DNA from: Candidatus Poseidoniaceae archaeon
Lineage (GTDB): Archaea > Thermoplasmatota > Poseidoniia > Poseidoniales > Poseidoniaceae
Direction: 5' to 3'
NCBI GenBank assembly: GCA_045568435.1
Contig: JBJLBB010000001.1
Coordinates: forward strand, 100,305 to 164,304
Length of the DNA stretch: 64,000 nt
The first letter of the stretch is position 1. Each line of letters starts with the position of its first letter. This document shows, piece by piece, positions 47,522 through 57,082 of this stretch. The notes under the pieces are model-generated. The model searched no databases and had not been told where the DNA came from. It saw only the letters and a program-made list of their open reading frames with translations. The translations under genes and the position numbers were made by a program.

Positions 47522-48685
47522 ATGCGAATTGGCGTCCCTAAAGAACCAGATAATGAAGCGAGAGTTGCTATTGTTCCTGGAAGTATGAAGAAATTGATTA
47601 AGGCTGGATTTGAGGTTCTAGTAGAAAAGGGCGCAGGGGTTAGTGCTAACTACTCAGATTCTCAATATGAAGACCTTGGTGCTAAACTAGTTTCTAGAAA
47701 AGAAGCCCTTGAATGTGAAAATGTTATTTGCATTAATTTCCCTGGACTTGATTCAATAAAGAGTGGCACCAATCTAACTTGTGTATCCGATCCTTTTAGA
47801 AACCCTGAAAATGTCAAATCTTGTCTTGAGGCAAAAGTAACATTGATGTCGATGGACATGATTCCTAGGAGACTATCTAGGGCTCAATCTATGGACGTTA
47901 ATTCGAGTCAAGATAATCTAGCTGGATACAAGGCGGTACTATTAGGAGCAGCAAATGTTCCTCGAGGTATTCCTATGATGACAACATCTGCTGGAACAGT
48001 TAGGCCTGCAAAGGTTGTCGTCATGGGCAGCGGAGTTGCTGGACTTCAAGCAATTGCAACCGCTAAGAGATTAGGCGCTGTTGTATATGCATCTGACGTT
48101 AGGAAATCAGCAGCTGAACAAATAGAATCTGTTGGTGGAAGATTCATTGAAGTTGATGGTATGGATGACTTTGAAGACGAATCGGGATATGCAAAACCGT
48201 TGACTCCAGAATTTATTCAAAAGGTAAACGATACAGTTTGTGGTGTTGCAATGGATGCTGACATCATAGTTACTACTGCTAGAATATTTGGCCGACCAGC
48301 ACCAATAACAGTTCCTACTAGTGCTGTTAATCAATTCAAATCAGGTGCTGTAGTGGTAGATATGAATGCTGATGTTGGAGGTAACTGCGAAAGTACTGTT
48401 GCTGGTGAAATAATTACTACTGAAAATGGAGTTATCATTGTTGGAACTTCAAATTTACCAGGCACATTAGCAAACACTGCAAGTATGCTTTATTCAAATA
48501 ATCTTACGACATTTATTACATCACTTGTCGATGAAGGAAAAGTTGTAATCTCACAAGATGATGATATATTGGTTGGAGCACCAGAAGGTTCTGATTTCTA
48601 TGTTGGTGGAATGGGCGGTGTTTTGATCTGCGAAAATGGAGAAATTCACCATAAGCAAACAAGACTAGCAGGGGTGATTGAATGA
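47522..48685 (+). CDS. pntA: NAD(P) transhydrogenase alpha1 (domain I)
   Basis: MRIGVPKE, RAQSMDV.SSQ.NLAGYKAV, MMTTSAGTVRPAKV, GVAGLQAIATAKRLGA, GGNCE. Confidence 0.93.
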   Translation: MRIGVPKEPDNEARVAIVPGSMKKLIKAGFEVLVEKGAGVSANYSDSQYEDLGAKLVSRKEALECENVICINFPGLDSIKSGTNLTCVSDPFRNPENVKSCLEAKVTLMSMDMIPRRLSRAQSMDVNSSQDNLAGYKAVLLGAANVPRGIPMMTTSAGTVRPAKVVVMGSGVAGLQAIATAKRLGAVVYASDVRKSAAEQIESVGGRFIEVDGMDDFEDESGYAKPLTPEFIQKVNDTVCGVAMDADIIVTTARIFGRPAPITVPTSAVNQFKSGAVVVDMNADVGGNCESTVAGEIITTENGVIIVGTSNLPGTLANTASMLYSNNLTTFITSLVDEGKVVISQDDDILVGAPEGSDFYVGGMGGVLICENGEIHHKQTRLAGVIE

Positions 48686-48993
48686 CGCCGGAATTATTGA
48701 TTGGAAGTTTAACATTATTTGTATTATCTATTTTCTTAGGATTTGAACTGATTACTAAAGTTCCAGCAACTTTACACACGCCCTTGATGAGTGGTGCAAA
48801 CGCGATTTCTGGAATAAGTATTGTAGGTGCATTGATCGGTTCAAATGTGGCCTATAATGCCGGTGATACTGTTTTCTCAGGAATTCTAGCATTTGTTGCA
48901 GTAGTTTTAGCCATGATAAACGTGGTTGGTGGATTTATGGTGACAAATCGTATGTTGAACATGATTGCTGGAAGAAAGAGAGGAGGTGCTTGA
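48682..48993 (+). CDS. NAD(P) transhydrogenase alpha2 (membrane part)
   Basis: LHTPLMSGANAISGI, NVVGGF.VTNRML. Confidence 0.92.
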   Translation: MTPELLIGSLTLFVLSIFLGFELITKVPATLHTPLMSGANAISGISIVGALIGSNVAYNAGDTVFSGILAFVAVVLAMINVVGGFMVTNRMLNMIAGRKRGGA

Positions 48994-48994
48994 A

Positions 48995-50416
48995 ATGGAG
49001 TTTGGAGATTGGACTTCAATGGGATATCTGCTATCTGCGGCACTATTCATTTTTGGATTAAAGAAACTTGGTCATCCAAGAACCGCACCTCGCGGTAATC
49101 AATTGGGTGCACTTGGTATGCTTGTTGCTGTTCTAACCACAGTACTCGATATGCATCTTGAGGGTGGAGCACAATGGACATTGGTTATTGCTGGATTGAT
49201 TATAGGTTCACTTATTGGTTACTGGATGGCTGTTAAAGTTGAAATGACTGGAATGCCAGAATTAGTTGCTTTATTCAATGGCTTTGGTGGAGCAGCATCT
49301 GCATTAGTAGCACTTTCAGAAGTTTGGACTTATCTTGAAGGTGCTGAAGTCCCAACAGGACTTAAGTTGACTGTAACAATGGTCGCTGCTGGATTATCTG
49401 CAGTTGTGGGCTGGATGACTTTAACCGGTTCAATCCTAGCAATGTACAAACTCAAAGGTGGAGTCAGCGTATTTGGCAAGTGGATAAAAACTCCAACATG
49501 GGGACCAAGTTGGCTTAATGGTGTCAAAATTTTGCTTCTAATATCCGCTGCTGTATTGATCTACCTAAGCATTGATGACCCAACCAATAAACAATACATA
49601 TACGGTTTGATTGGAATATCTGCTTTGCTAGGAATCATTCTTGTTTTACCAATTGGCGGCGCAGATATGCCTGTAGTAGTTTCTCTACTAAATTCTCTTT
49701 CAGGAATTGCAGCAGCATTTACCGGATTTATAATCAATAACTCTGTATTAATTGTAGCAGGTTCTTTAGTAGGTGCATCAGGATTAATTCTAACATTCAT
49801 CATGTGCAAAGCAATGAATAGAACACTTCTAGATGTTCTTTTCAAATCATTTGGTGGTAGTGGAGAAAAGCAATCTCTTACAAGAACTAAAATTGGTTCA
49901 GATTCCGATGAAGTCGCAATGATGTTGGACGGTGCACAGAAAGTAATAATTGTCCCCGGATATGGAATGGCTGTATCACAATGCCAACATCAAGTTAAGG
50001 AATTTGCTGACCTAATGAAGGAAAAATTTGGAACCGAAGTAAATTATGCTATTCACCCTGTTGCAGGAAGAATGCCTGGTCACATGAATGTACTTTTAGC
50101 GGAAGCAAATGTGCCATATGAGCAACTGATTGAAATGGATGAAATCAATCCTGAATTCCCTGATTGTGATGTTGCCTTAGTTATTGGTGCCAACGATACG
50201 ACAAATCCTGCAGCAAGGTCTGGAGAGGGACCATTGGCTGGTATGCCGATTATCGATGCTGATATGGCTAGAACTGTAGTAATTGTCAAGCGTTCACTAT
50301 CAGTTGGATATGCTGGAGTTGACAACGATCTATTTTACATGGATAAAACCATGATGCTATTTGGCGATGGAAAGAAAATGATTACAGAACTGAATAACTC
50401 TATTAAAGAGATTTAG
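48995..50416 (+). CDS. pntB: NAD(P) transhydrogenase beta subunit
   Basis: MTGMPELVALFNGFGG, PIGGADMPVV, CKAMNR, PGYGMAV, HPVAGRMPGHMNVLLAEA, IGAND. Confidence 0.95.
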   Translation: MEFGDWTSMGYLLSAALFIFGLKKLGHPRTAPRGNQLGALGMLVAVLTTVLDMHLEGGAQWTLVIAGLIIGSLIGYWMAVKVEMTGMPELVALFNGFGGAASALVALSEVWTYLEGAEVPTGLKLTVTMVAAGLSAVVGWMTLTGSILAMYKLKGGVSVFGKWIKTPTWGPSWLNGVKILLLISAAVLIYLSIDDPTNKQYIYGLIGISALLGIILVLPIGGADMPVVVSLLNSLSGIAAAFTGFIINNSVLIVAGSLVGASGLILTFIMCKAMNRTLLDVLFKSFGGSGEKQSLTRTKIGSDSDEVAMMLDGAQKVIIVPGYGMAVSQCQHQVKEFADLMKEKFGTEVNYAIHPVAGRMPGHMNVLLAEANVPYEQLIEMDEINPEFPDCDVALVIGANDTTNPAARSGEGPLAGMPIIDADMARTVVIVKRSLSVGYAGVDNDLFYMDKTMMLFGDGKKMITELNNSIKEI

Positions 50417-50473
50417 AGATTAAAATAAGCAATGTTCAAAGGCATGCAATAGTTGGAATCTAATGGTGAGGTT

Positions 50474-51427
50474 ATGTTGCGACGTTCTCCACAACTACTG
50501 ATTCTGTTGTTTACAGCCCTCCTTATTGCTCCTGTACTGGCTATGCCAGGCGGCCCGCCATGGGAAAATGCCGATGGTCTAATTGTTGAAAATGGTTGTT
50601 CATGTCACGGTGGAGGTGCACCTTCGACAGAAGTTGTTGTGTCAATTTCTGGTGTACCTAGAGCATATGAGACTGGGGAAACATATAATTTTACGATCAG
50701 TCTTCAACATGCAACAAATTCCGAAGGTGGATACCTGCTTTGGGATTATAATTCAGGAAATTTGACTCCTGGAGAGGGTAGCGTAAGTGTTCCTGAAGAA
50801 CCTGGGGCAGTTTCACAAAGTGCTGTAGGTAATGATTGGGAAGTATTCTGGACTGCTCCTGACACCGATATTGGTGAAGTTAGTTTCCAATTAGTAGGTA
50901 ATGCTGTGAATGGAAATGGCCAATTTGATGAGGGAGATTTATGGAACATCTTGTCATTTTCGATCAGTGCGCCGGGAACTACATATCAAGATGATGATGA
51001 ATCCCTAGCAGTAAGAACAATCAGTGTTGGTGATTATGAATCTTTATTCGTTGCAACGGAAAACCCAGAAGCAATTGAGGCGCAGAGGCAAGAAGAGATT
51101 GCTGAAGATTTCTTCAACAATGGTAATCTATTCTATTGGACAACCTTGGCAATAATCATTGTTGGTGCTGTAATTCAAGGAGAGTTCTATGAAAGAAAGT
51201 TTGGTGGCGGACCACCTCACCTAGACATGAGATTAGCAGTCCCTCAGGGAGTTCGAAGAGGATTTTTAGCCGCTGGTTTGACATTGTTATTTGGCTGGTC
51301 ATTAGACTCCGGGCAATCTTGGGGTGTTATTCTTCTCTGTTTGATGATAATGCTTTGGGCTATCTTTGGAGTTTACCGTACAATAGTCCAAGCAAGAGCG
51401 CCAAAACAATATACTGATTTGGTCTAA
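50474..51427 (+). CDS. Reeler/choice-of-anchor-V-like secreted domain with C-terminal membrane domain
   Basis: Signal peptide MLRRSPQLL..., GCSCHGG, W.V.WTAP....G.V.FQ.VGNAVNGNG, three C-terminal TMs. Confidence 0.6.
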   Translation: MLRRSPQLLILLFTALLIAPVLAMPGGPPWENADGLIVENGCSCHGGGAPSTEVVVSISGVPRAYETGETYNFTISLQHATNSEGGYLLWDYNSGNLTPGEGSVSVPEEPGAVSQSAVGNDWEVFWTAPDTDIGEVSFQLVGNAVNGNGQFDEGDLWNILSFSISAPGTTYQDDDESLAVRTISVGDYESLFVATENPEAIEAQRQEEIAEDFFNNGNLFYWTTLAIIIVGAVIQGEFYERKFGGGPPHLDMRLAVPQGVRRGFLAAGLTLLFGWSLDSGQSWGVILLCLMIMLWAIFGVYRTIVQARAPKQYTDLV

Positions 51428-51445
51428 AACCAATGAGGATATATC

Positions 51446-52762
51446 ATGAGCTTGCAACTAGAGCAAGATGCTCAAGTTCCAATTCAAACGCATATTGATG
51501 AATTTTCATCAAGATTTGCTATAATGATTTTCATCTGGATAGTGACTTCAATAATTTGGATAACTAATATTGATTCGATATTAGAAAAGGTGATACATGT
51601 TATCGACCCGTGTGTTGGAGAATGTACTAATTTGTATAATCCAGCAAAATGGAGCGAGATAAGGTGGTTGAGTGGGGCACTATTAGGATTCATTACACTT
51701 ATTCCATTATTTATTTACCAAGTATTTACGTTTTCACGCCCGGGAATGATGAAAAAAGAGGCTAATTGGTTACTAACATGGCTAGTATTGGGTTCTATTG
51801 CTTTCATAGTGAATATCATCCTAACCATCTTTCTATTTATCCCATATTTATTTGAAATTGGACATAATAACCACGTAAATTTGGGCTTTGTTGCAAAATA
51901 TGATGTCGTAGCAATGCTGACAATGGCAATGGCGGTAATTTGGATTGAAGTTTTGGTAATCTCAGGCGTTTTTGCATTGGTGACTGCTGGAACTAATGGA
52001 TTAATGCATGAAGGCAATTCCAGATGGTGGAGATTGAGAGTTCATGGAATAATTTCTATGCTGATATTACTTTCCTTCTATGGTCAATTTACCCTATCTA
52101 TTTCACTAATGGCGATAAGTTACACATCGATAGAAATTATATCAATACCATGGATTAGAGCAAAATCCAATTTACATATTTCAAGTCCTACTATCTTTGA
52201 TGAATTTGGAATTACAAGAAAAATACTCTTTGCACAATGTGAGTGTGATAATGATTATAATTTGCCAAACGACTTCACAACTAGTAATGCTTTCATATCG
52301 TTCAAATCAATTTGTACAAGTAAGAATGAAAAAGAAAAACTTTACGAAATCATAGAGACAAATAAATTTACTGACTTTTTCATATTTGGATGTAATTCTA
52401 ATATTTTGAATAGTCAGATTGAAAATAATCTTTTCATCTCGAAATGTAAATTGAGATTAGAAATGTCATCACATAATCCTAAATTATTTAATGACTTAGA
52501 GCATTATGCTAACAATACTAATTTATTGATTTCCTCGATTACCGACCCATGGAATATTGAACAATCAGTAAGAAAAATGATTGAGATTGTTAGAATGAAT
52601 AAAGGAGAAAGATATATCATCAAAATAAATAATGGAGAGTCAATTGATCACGTTAAAATTGATGGTAATCATTCAGTATTACATATACGTCAAGACAGCA
52701 AGAACATTTTGATTAAAGAACTCGAATCTCTCGGTTGTAAATACACATTAGTGGAATCATGA
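51446..52762 (+). CDS. tatC: TatC-like translocase subunit with long C-terminal soluble extension
   Basis: HIDEFSSRF (H..ELR.R-like), YQVFTFSRPGMMKKE (YQ.W.FI.PGL..hE-like), about 6 TMs, then about 190 soluble residues. Confidence 0.65.
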   Translation: MSLQLEQDAQVPIQTHIDEFSSRFAIMIFIWIVTSIIWITNIDSILEKVIHVIDPCVGECTNLYNPAKWSEIRWLSGALLGFITLIPLFIYQVFTFSRPGMMKKEANWLLTWLVLGSIAFIVNIILTIFLFIPYLFEIGHNNHVNLGFVAKYDVVAMLTMAMAVIWIEVLVISGVFALVTAGTNGLMHEGNSRWWRLRVHGIISMLILLSFYGQFTLSISLMAISYTSIEIISIPWIRAKSNLHISSPTIFDEFGITRKILFAQCECDNDYNLPNDFTTSNAFISFKSICTSKNEKEKLYEIIETNKFTDFFIFGCNSNILNSQIENNLFISKCKLRLEMSSHNPKLFNDLEHYANNTNLLISSITDPWNIEQSVRKMIEIVRMNKGERYIIKINNGESIDHVKIDGNHSVLHIRQDSKNILIKELESLGCKYTLVES

Positions 52763-52801
52763 TTACCAAGATTTCAAACATGTTTGCCCTTAGCGTCAAA
52801 C

Positions 52802-54898
52802 ATGCACCCGCGAGTTAGCGCAGTATTTGCTGCCATTTTGATGCTCGTAGGAATTCTATCACTGAGTTTCGAGGAAAGAATTGATGATTGGGTCAAAGAT
52901 AATTCTATACAAATTGAAAAAGATGAAATTGAATTGCTTGGAATGCAAGAGACTGAACATTGGCCAGTACTGATTGTCGATTTTGATGCAGGAAACAGCA
53001 ATTGGGGTTCGGATGAGGCAAATGATATACTAATTCCAAGAGCCTCAGAATATGTAAACCAATTAAGTTCATCATCAACCAATCTCAACATTGATGTATA
53101 CTCCTCGATTACAATCCCAGAATATTCGATGCAATATTATGGCTCTGATTATGGAATTCAAAGAGACTCATCAGAAGATGGCACACATTTACCAATGCTT
53201 CTTGCAAAGGAAGTCGTAAATGAGCAAATAGATTTAGTGGAATGGGATAAATATGACCTTGATGGAGATGGTTGGGTAGATAGACTACTGATACTACATA
53301 CATCAATTGGTCAAGAGGAAGGTGGGGATTCAAATCGGATATGGAGTCATTTTACAAACTTTGATGATTCTATTAGTTTGCCAGGAGACTTGAAAATAGC
53401 TCATTACACAATGGCTAGTTTGGCGACTGGAGAGAGTGGTTTTGGAACTATAATGCATGAGATGTTGCATCAATTAGGCGCATACGACCTATATCCATCA
53501 CATGGTAGCATCAATCAACATCCATGGAAAGGTGTTGGAGATTGGGATATCATGGCAAATGGTAATTGGAATGGAGGAGGTAAATGGCCAGCAATACCTA
53601 CCGCCTCAACAGTTGCTGAAATTGGAGTAAATACCTCATTGGAAATTGATAATGGATGGATGGAAAATCAAAACTGTATTGGACCGAGTTTGGTTTTGGA
53701 ATCAATTAGTAGAGGTGGAAATTCATTGAAAATACAAGTTGATGAATATGAATATGTTTGGATAGAATATAGAGATGATTTTGGCTTTGACTCATACCTA
53801 CCAGGTTCAGGAGTTCTAGTGACATATCAAGATCTTAGCGCAGGTAATTTAGAACACAATGAATTGAATGCCAATCCAGATAGGCCTTACTTAGTAGTCA
53901 TAGAAGCTGATGGTAATAATGGGCTAAGAACAGGAACTAGTGATGGAGAGCAAAGTGATTTATTCACCAATGGAACAAGTTTTGGTAATACTGGAATACT
54001 TATTCGTGACCATGATGGAATATTAATTCCATGGACTGCTGAAATAGAGATAACTGATAGAACATATGTAAATTTAACATCTACAAATTGTGAACCTATG
54101 TTCACTATTGATGCACCCAACTATGGAGCTTCATTGCTTCCTAATGAACCGATGGAAGTAATTATCACATCCGAGCAAAATTGTAACCTAACAATTGACT
54201 TATCATCTAGCGATGGCAGAATTTTGTTAACTAATTCTACTCGAATTAATATTGATGAAGTTACAAATGTTGAACTTTATTTCTCTAGCCCTGGTAGTTC
54301 AAACTCAGAGTCAATGGTTTCCGGAATTATTGAATGTGGTGAGTCAATGTATGACTTAGAAACAAAAATATTGACAATATCTCGTAGACCAGTCGAAAGT
54401 AGTTTTAGTTCAGAGATAGATGCCTACACATCATCAAAAATAGCAATACCAATTGATAGTGAAGGTAATGGTATGCAGAGATTTTCTGCAGAAGTCGACG
54501 GAGCATTATCTAGAATAGCTACTATTGAAAGTCAATTGGATTTAGAAGGTAATGATGAGATTGTTGTGTCAATTGACCCCAAAGGACTTCTCGCACCAAA
54601 TATGCTGGTTAAAGGAGAGATTGTAATATTTGACACGTCTGGGGAAAAATGGTTTATTGAAGTAGAATTAACTGCCCAAAACGAGGATTCGAATGGTTTT
54701 CAAAAACTTACAACACCTGGTCGAGCGATAGGAATCGCCTCGATTTTAGCATCGCTATGGGTAATTCTTGGAATCCGTGAAAAGTCTTCTTCCAAGCCCG
54801 AGATAGATAAAATATCAATAGAAGATAATAATCAGGGAACTTCTCAAACATCTATCACAGAACATGAATTGGATGTATGGGGAAGACCTTTAGATTAA
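52802..54898 (+). CDS. M6-family (immune inhibitor A-like) metalloprotease, membrane anchored
   Basis: DLDGDGWVD, IWSH, HEMLHQLGAYDLY (HExxH..G..DLY), GDWDIMANG.W; C-terminal TM. Confidence 0.88.
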   Translation: MHPRVSAVFAAILMLVGILSLSFEERIDDWVKDNSIQIEKDEIELLGMQETEHWPVLIVDFDAGNSNWGSDEANDILIPRASEYVNQLSSSSTNLNIDVYSSITIPEYSMQYYGSDYGIQRDSSEDGTHLPMLLAKEVVNEQIDLVEWDKYDLDGDGWVDRLLILHTSIGQEEGGDSNRIWSHFTNFDDSISLPGDLKIAHYTMASLATGESGFGTIMHEMLHQLGAYDLYPSHGSINQHPWKGVGDWDIMANGNWNGGGKWPAIPTASTVAEIGVNTSLEIDNGWMENQNCIGPSLVLESISRGGNSLKIQVDEYEYVWIEYRDDFGFDSYLPGSGVLVTYQDLSAGNLEHNELNANPDRPYLVVIEADGNNGLRTGTSDGEQSDLFTNGTSFGNTGILIRDHDGILIPWTAEIEITDRTYVNLTSTNCEPMFTIDAPNYGASLLPNEPMEVIITSEQNCNLTIDLSSSDGRILLTNSTRINIDEVTNVELYFSSPGSSNSESMVSGIIECGESMYDLETKILTISRRPVESSFSSEIDAYTSSKIAIPIDSEGNGMQRFSAEVDGALSRIATIESQLDLEGNDEIVVSIDPKGLLAPNMLVKGEIVIFDTSGEKWFIEVELTAQNEDSNGFQKLTTPGRAIGIASILASLWVILGIREKSSSKPEIDKISIEDNNQGTSQTSITEHELDVWGRPLD

Positions 54899-54899
54899 T

Positions 54900-56006
54900 C
54901 TAATCCTTACCTGGAGACCAGCGCTCAACCTGCATAAATCGCCAATTAGAATCATTTTTTATTGCACATACCCATTTTTTGTGAACGCCTTCTGCTAAAC
55001 GAATAGATAAGCATGCACTTTCCCATGTTTTAGCTAATTCATCACCAGTTTGTAATAACCAAGGGGCATGTGATTTAGATACTTCGTCATCATATATTCT
55101 CCATCTAGAGCCAAATTTAAAACCCGGTCGAAGTATTAATCCTCGGTTGATTAAATTATCATAAAGCCGATAATCCTCGGGAATATTTTCATTATTGATC
55201 ATCTTTTCTAGCCATATACCCTCTTCTTTCCTTAGATTTATGCCAGATAAGTGCTCTACTCCAATCGAATTCAATGGCCAACTTTCCACAATAGGCATAT
55301 GATATCCTGATTTGGTTTCAATCTTAGAATCCCACATTTTCGAAATTAAATCTATTTCACCATTTGAAAGTTCATTCCAAACTTTCTGTGAACCTACCGG
55401 TTCGATGAAACTCACCCTGTACATGGTAACTTCCATTTCCTCGTCGATAATGAATATATCAGACTTACAATTCAAATTTTCGACTTGCTCTGCCCAATTA
55501 AATATTTCAAACCAATCTAAATTTTCAAAGGTCCAAAACCATCGAACATGCGATACTGGTTGGGATTTAAATTGAGATTGATTTCTTTTCCATTTTAATG
55601 CGAAAATACCTGATGATAATTGGTGGTCTGAAATATTCGAGCAAGGAATTACAATTTCTCCACCGGACCTAGCGGTATCAAATATTACAGCCTTAGCTAA
55701 TAAATCTGAATCTTTCTCTATTTCATTTTCAAACCAGTCATCGCTTGGAAGAGGCATATGTCGGTGCCAATTACAAAAAAGTATCTCCATAGGAGAAAGA
55801 ATGATTCCATCCTCACCCCTTAGAGGAACGCCAAGGCCACTCTTTTGAAACAATCTTGCAGATAAAGGCGGTTTAATCAACCAACCAGATTCATGCATAA
55901 TTGGTTTGTCATGAGGAGTCTTTGGTGCAGCATTTGAGGTGATACTTATGCCCAGCGGACGCCTAGTTCTTTGACGCGGTGTGAACTTTCGAGCATGGCG
56001 CGCCAT
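54900..56006 (-). CDS. endA: tRNA-intron endonuclease (alpha2 type)
   Basis: C-terminal GFKFGSRWRIY..SHAPWL..IRLAEGVHKK with Tyr/His/Lys triad; degenerate N-terminal repeat. Confidence 0.85.
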   Translation of the reverse strand: MARHARKFTPRQRTRRPLGISITSNAAPKTPHDKPIMHESGWLIKPPLSARLFQKSGLGVPLRGEDGIILSPMEILFCNWHRHMPLPSDDWFENEIEKDSDLLAKAVIFDTARSGGEIVIPCSNISDHQLSSGIFALKWKRNQSQFKSQPVSHVRWFWTFENLDWFEIFNWAEQVENLNCKSDIFIIDEEMEVTMYRVSFIEPVGSQKVWNELSNGEIDLISKMWDSKIETKSGYHMPIVESWPLNSIGVEHLSGINLRKEEGIWLEKMINNENIPEDYRLYDNLINRGLILRPGFKFGSRWRIYDDEVSKSHAPWLLQTGDELAKTWESACLSIRLAEGVHKKWVCAIKNDSNWRFMQVERWSPGKD

Positions 56007-56078
56007 ACCTGTGCGTCATTATTGATGCATTTGAGTTGAACGGATGATATTACTATGTGCTAGTTATGCTAGGAAGTT

Positions 56079-57050
56079 ATGGGTCATACTATGGTTGATG
56101 GTTTTCTTGGCACTTTGACCACGGAACAAAGAACACTTTTGCATTTGTCAGACAATAAACTTCCTAAGAACCAATGGGAAGCACCAGCATCACTAACTCA
56201 AGCGGGTATTTCTGCTGCGGTACATGTTCAGAGAAAACATGTACCAAGAACTCTAAAAAGATTAGAAAATAATGGTCACGTAGATGTTACCAATCGGCAT
56301 GTACCAGGTGCTAAGCAAAGAAGGAAAGTATACAGTTTAACTAACCTAGGAAGAGAAATTTCTGTAGAATTAAGAAAACAAATATTAGTATTAGAAATTA
56401 CCAAAAGAGGTGAAGTAATGAAATTGAGTTCACTAATTAAGACAAGTGATAAGATTCTAGACCTATTATCTCACATTGATGAAAAAATGGTCTACCATGA
56501 TTCAGCAGTAATATCTCCGGTATCAAATCCTGAAGGGGAAGCTTCGCTAGATGCGCAAGCGGGTGAGCAACTGGTGAAGCGCATGTTTGCAAGGGCGTGG
56601 GAAGATGGTAAAATTACAAAGGATGAACAACAATTAATTTCTGAAGTAGTTCAATTTCTTGGAATGCACCCTGAACGAGTGATGCGTTTGTCTGAACAGG
56701 CCCGTAAAGAGCAAAATATACCACCTCCTGAAGAAATATATCTTGACATGTTACGTCAGGCTCTAATTGATGACTCTATTATAGAAGAAGAAATAGTTTT
56801 ACTAGACACCTTTAGAGTTGCATTTGGCATAGATATACAAACTCATGAGAGATTGCTAAAGGAAGCTAAGAAAGAACCGGTTTATCCTCAAAATATTCAA
56901 ACTTATCATGACACATTGATCACTGCAATGGATGACGGAGTAATTACTGAAGATGAGAGTGCAATGCTTGCAACATTGAGAAAATCCCTCGACGTTAGTG
57001 ACGGTGAACATGCCAGTTTACTAGCAAAAATTCGCGACAGGCTAAAATGA
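56079..57050 (+). CDS. Winged-HTH protein with repeated TerB-like helical units
   Basis: LTQAGISAAV.VQRKHVPRTLKRLE..GHV...RKVY.LT; repeats DGKITKDEQQLI, DDSIIEEEIVLL, DDGVITEDESAML. Confidence 0.65.
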   Translation: MGHTMVDGFLGTLTTEQRTLLHLSDNKLPKNQWEAPASLTQAGISAAVHVQRKHVPRTLKRLENNGHVDVTNRHVPGAKQRRKVYSLTNLGREISVELRKQILVLEITKRGEVMKLSSLIKTSDKILDLLSHIDEKMVYHDSAVISPVSNPEGEASLDAQAGEQLVKRMFARAWEDGKITKDEQQLISEVVQFLGMHPERVMRLSEQARKEQNIPPPEEIYLDMLRQALIDDSIIEEEIVLLDTFRVAFGIDIQTHERLLKEAKKEPVYPQNIQTYHDTLITAMDDGVITEDESAMLATLRKSLDVSDGEHASLLAKIRDRLK

Positions 57051-57082
57051 AGAATCATACAGCGTATACATGAGGGAATGAA

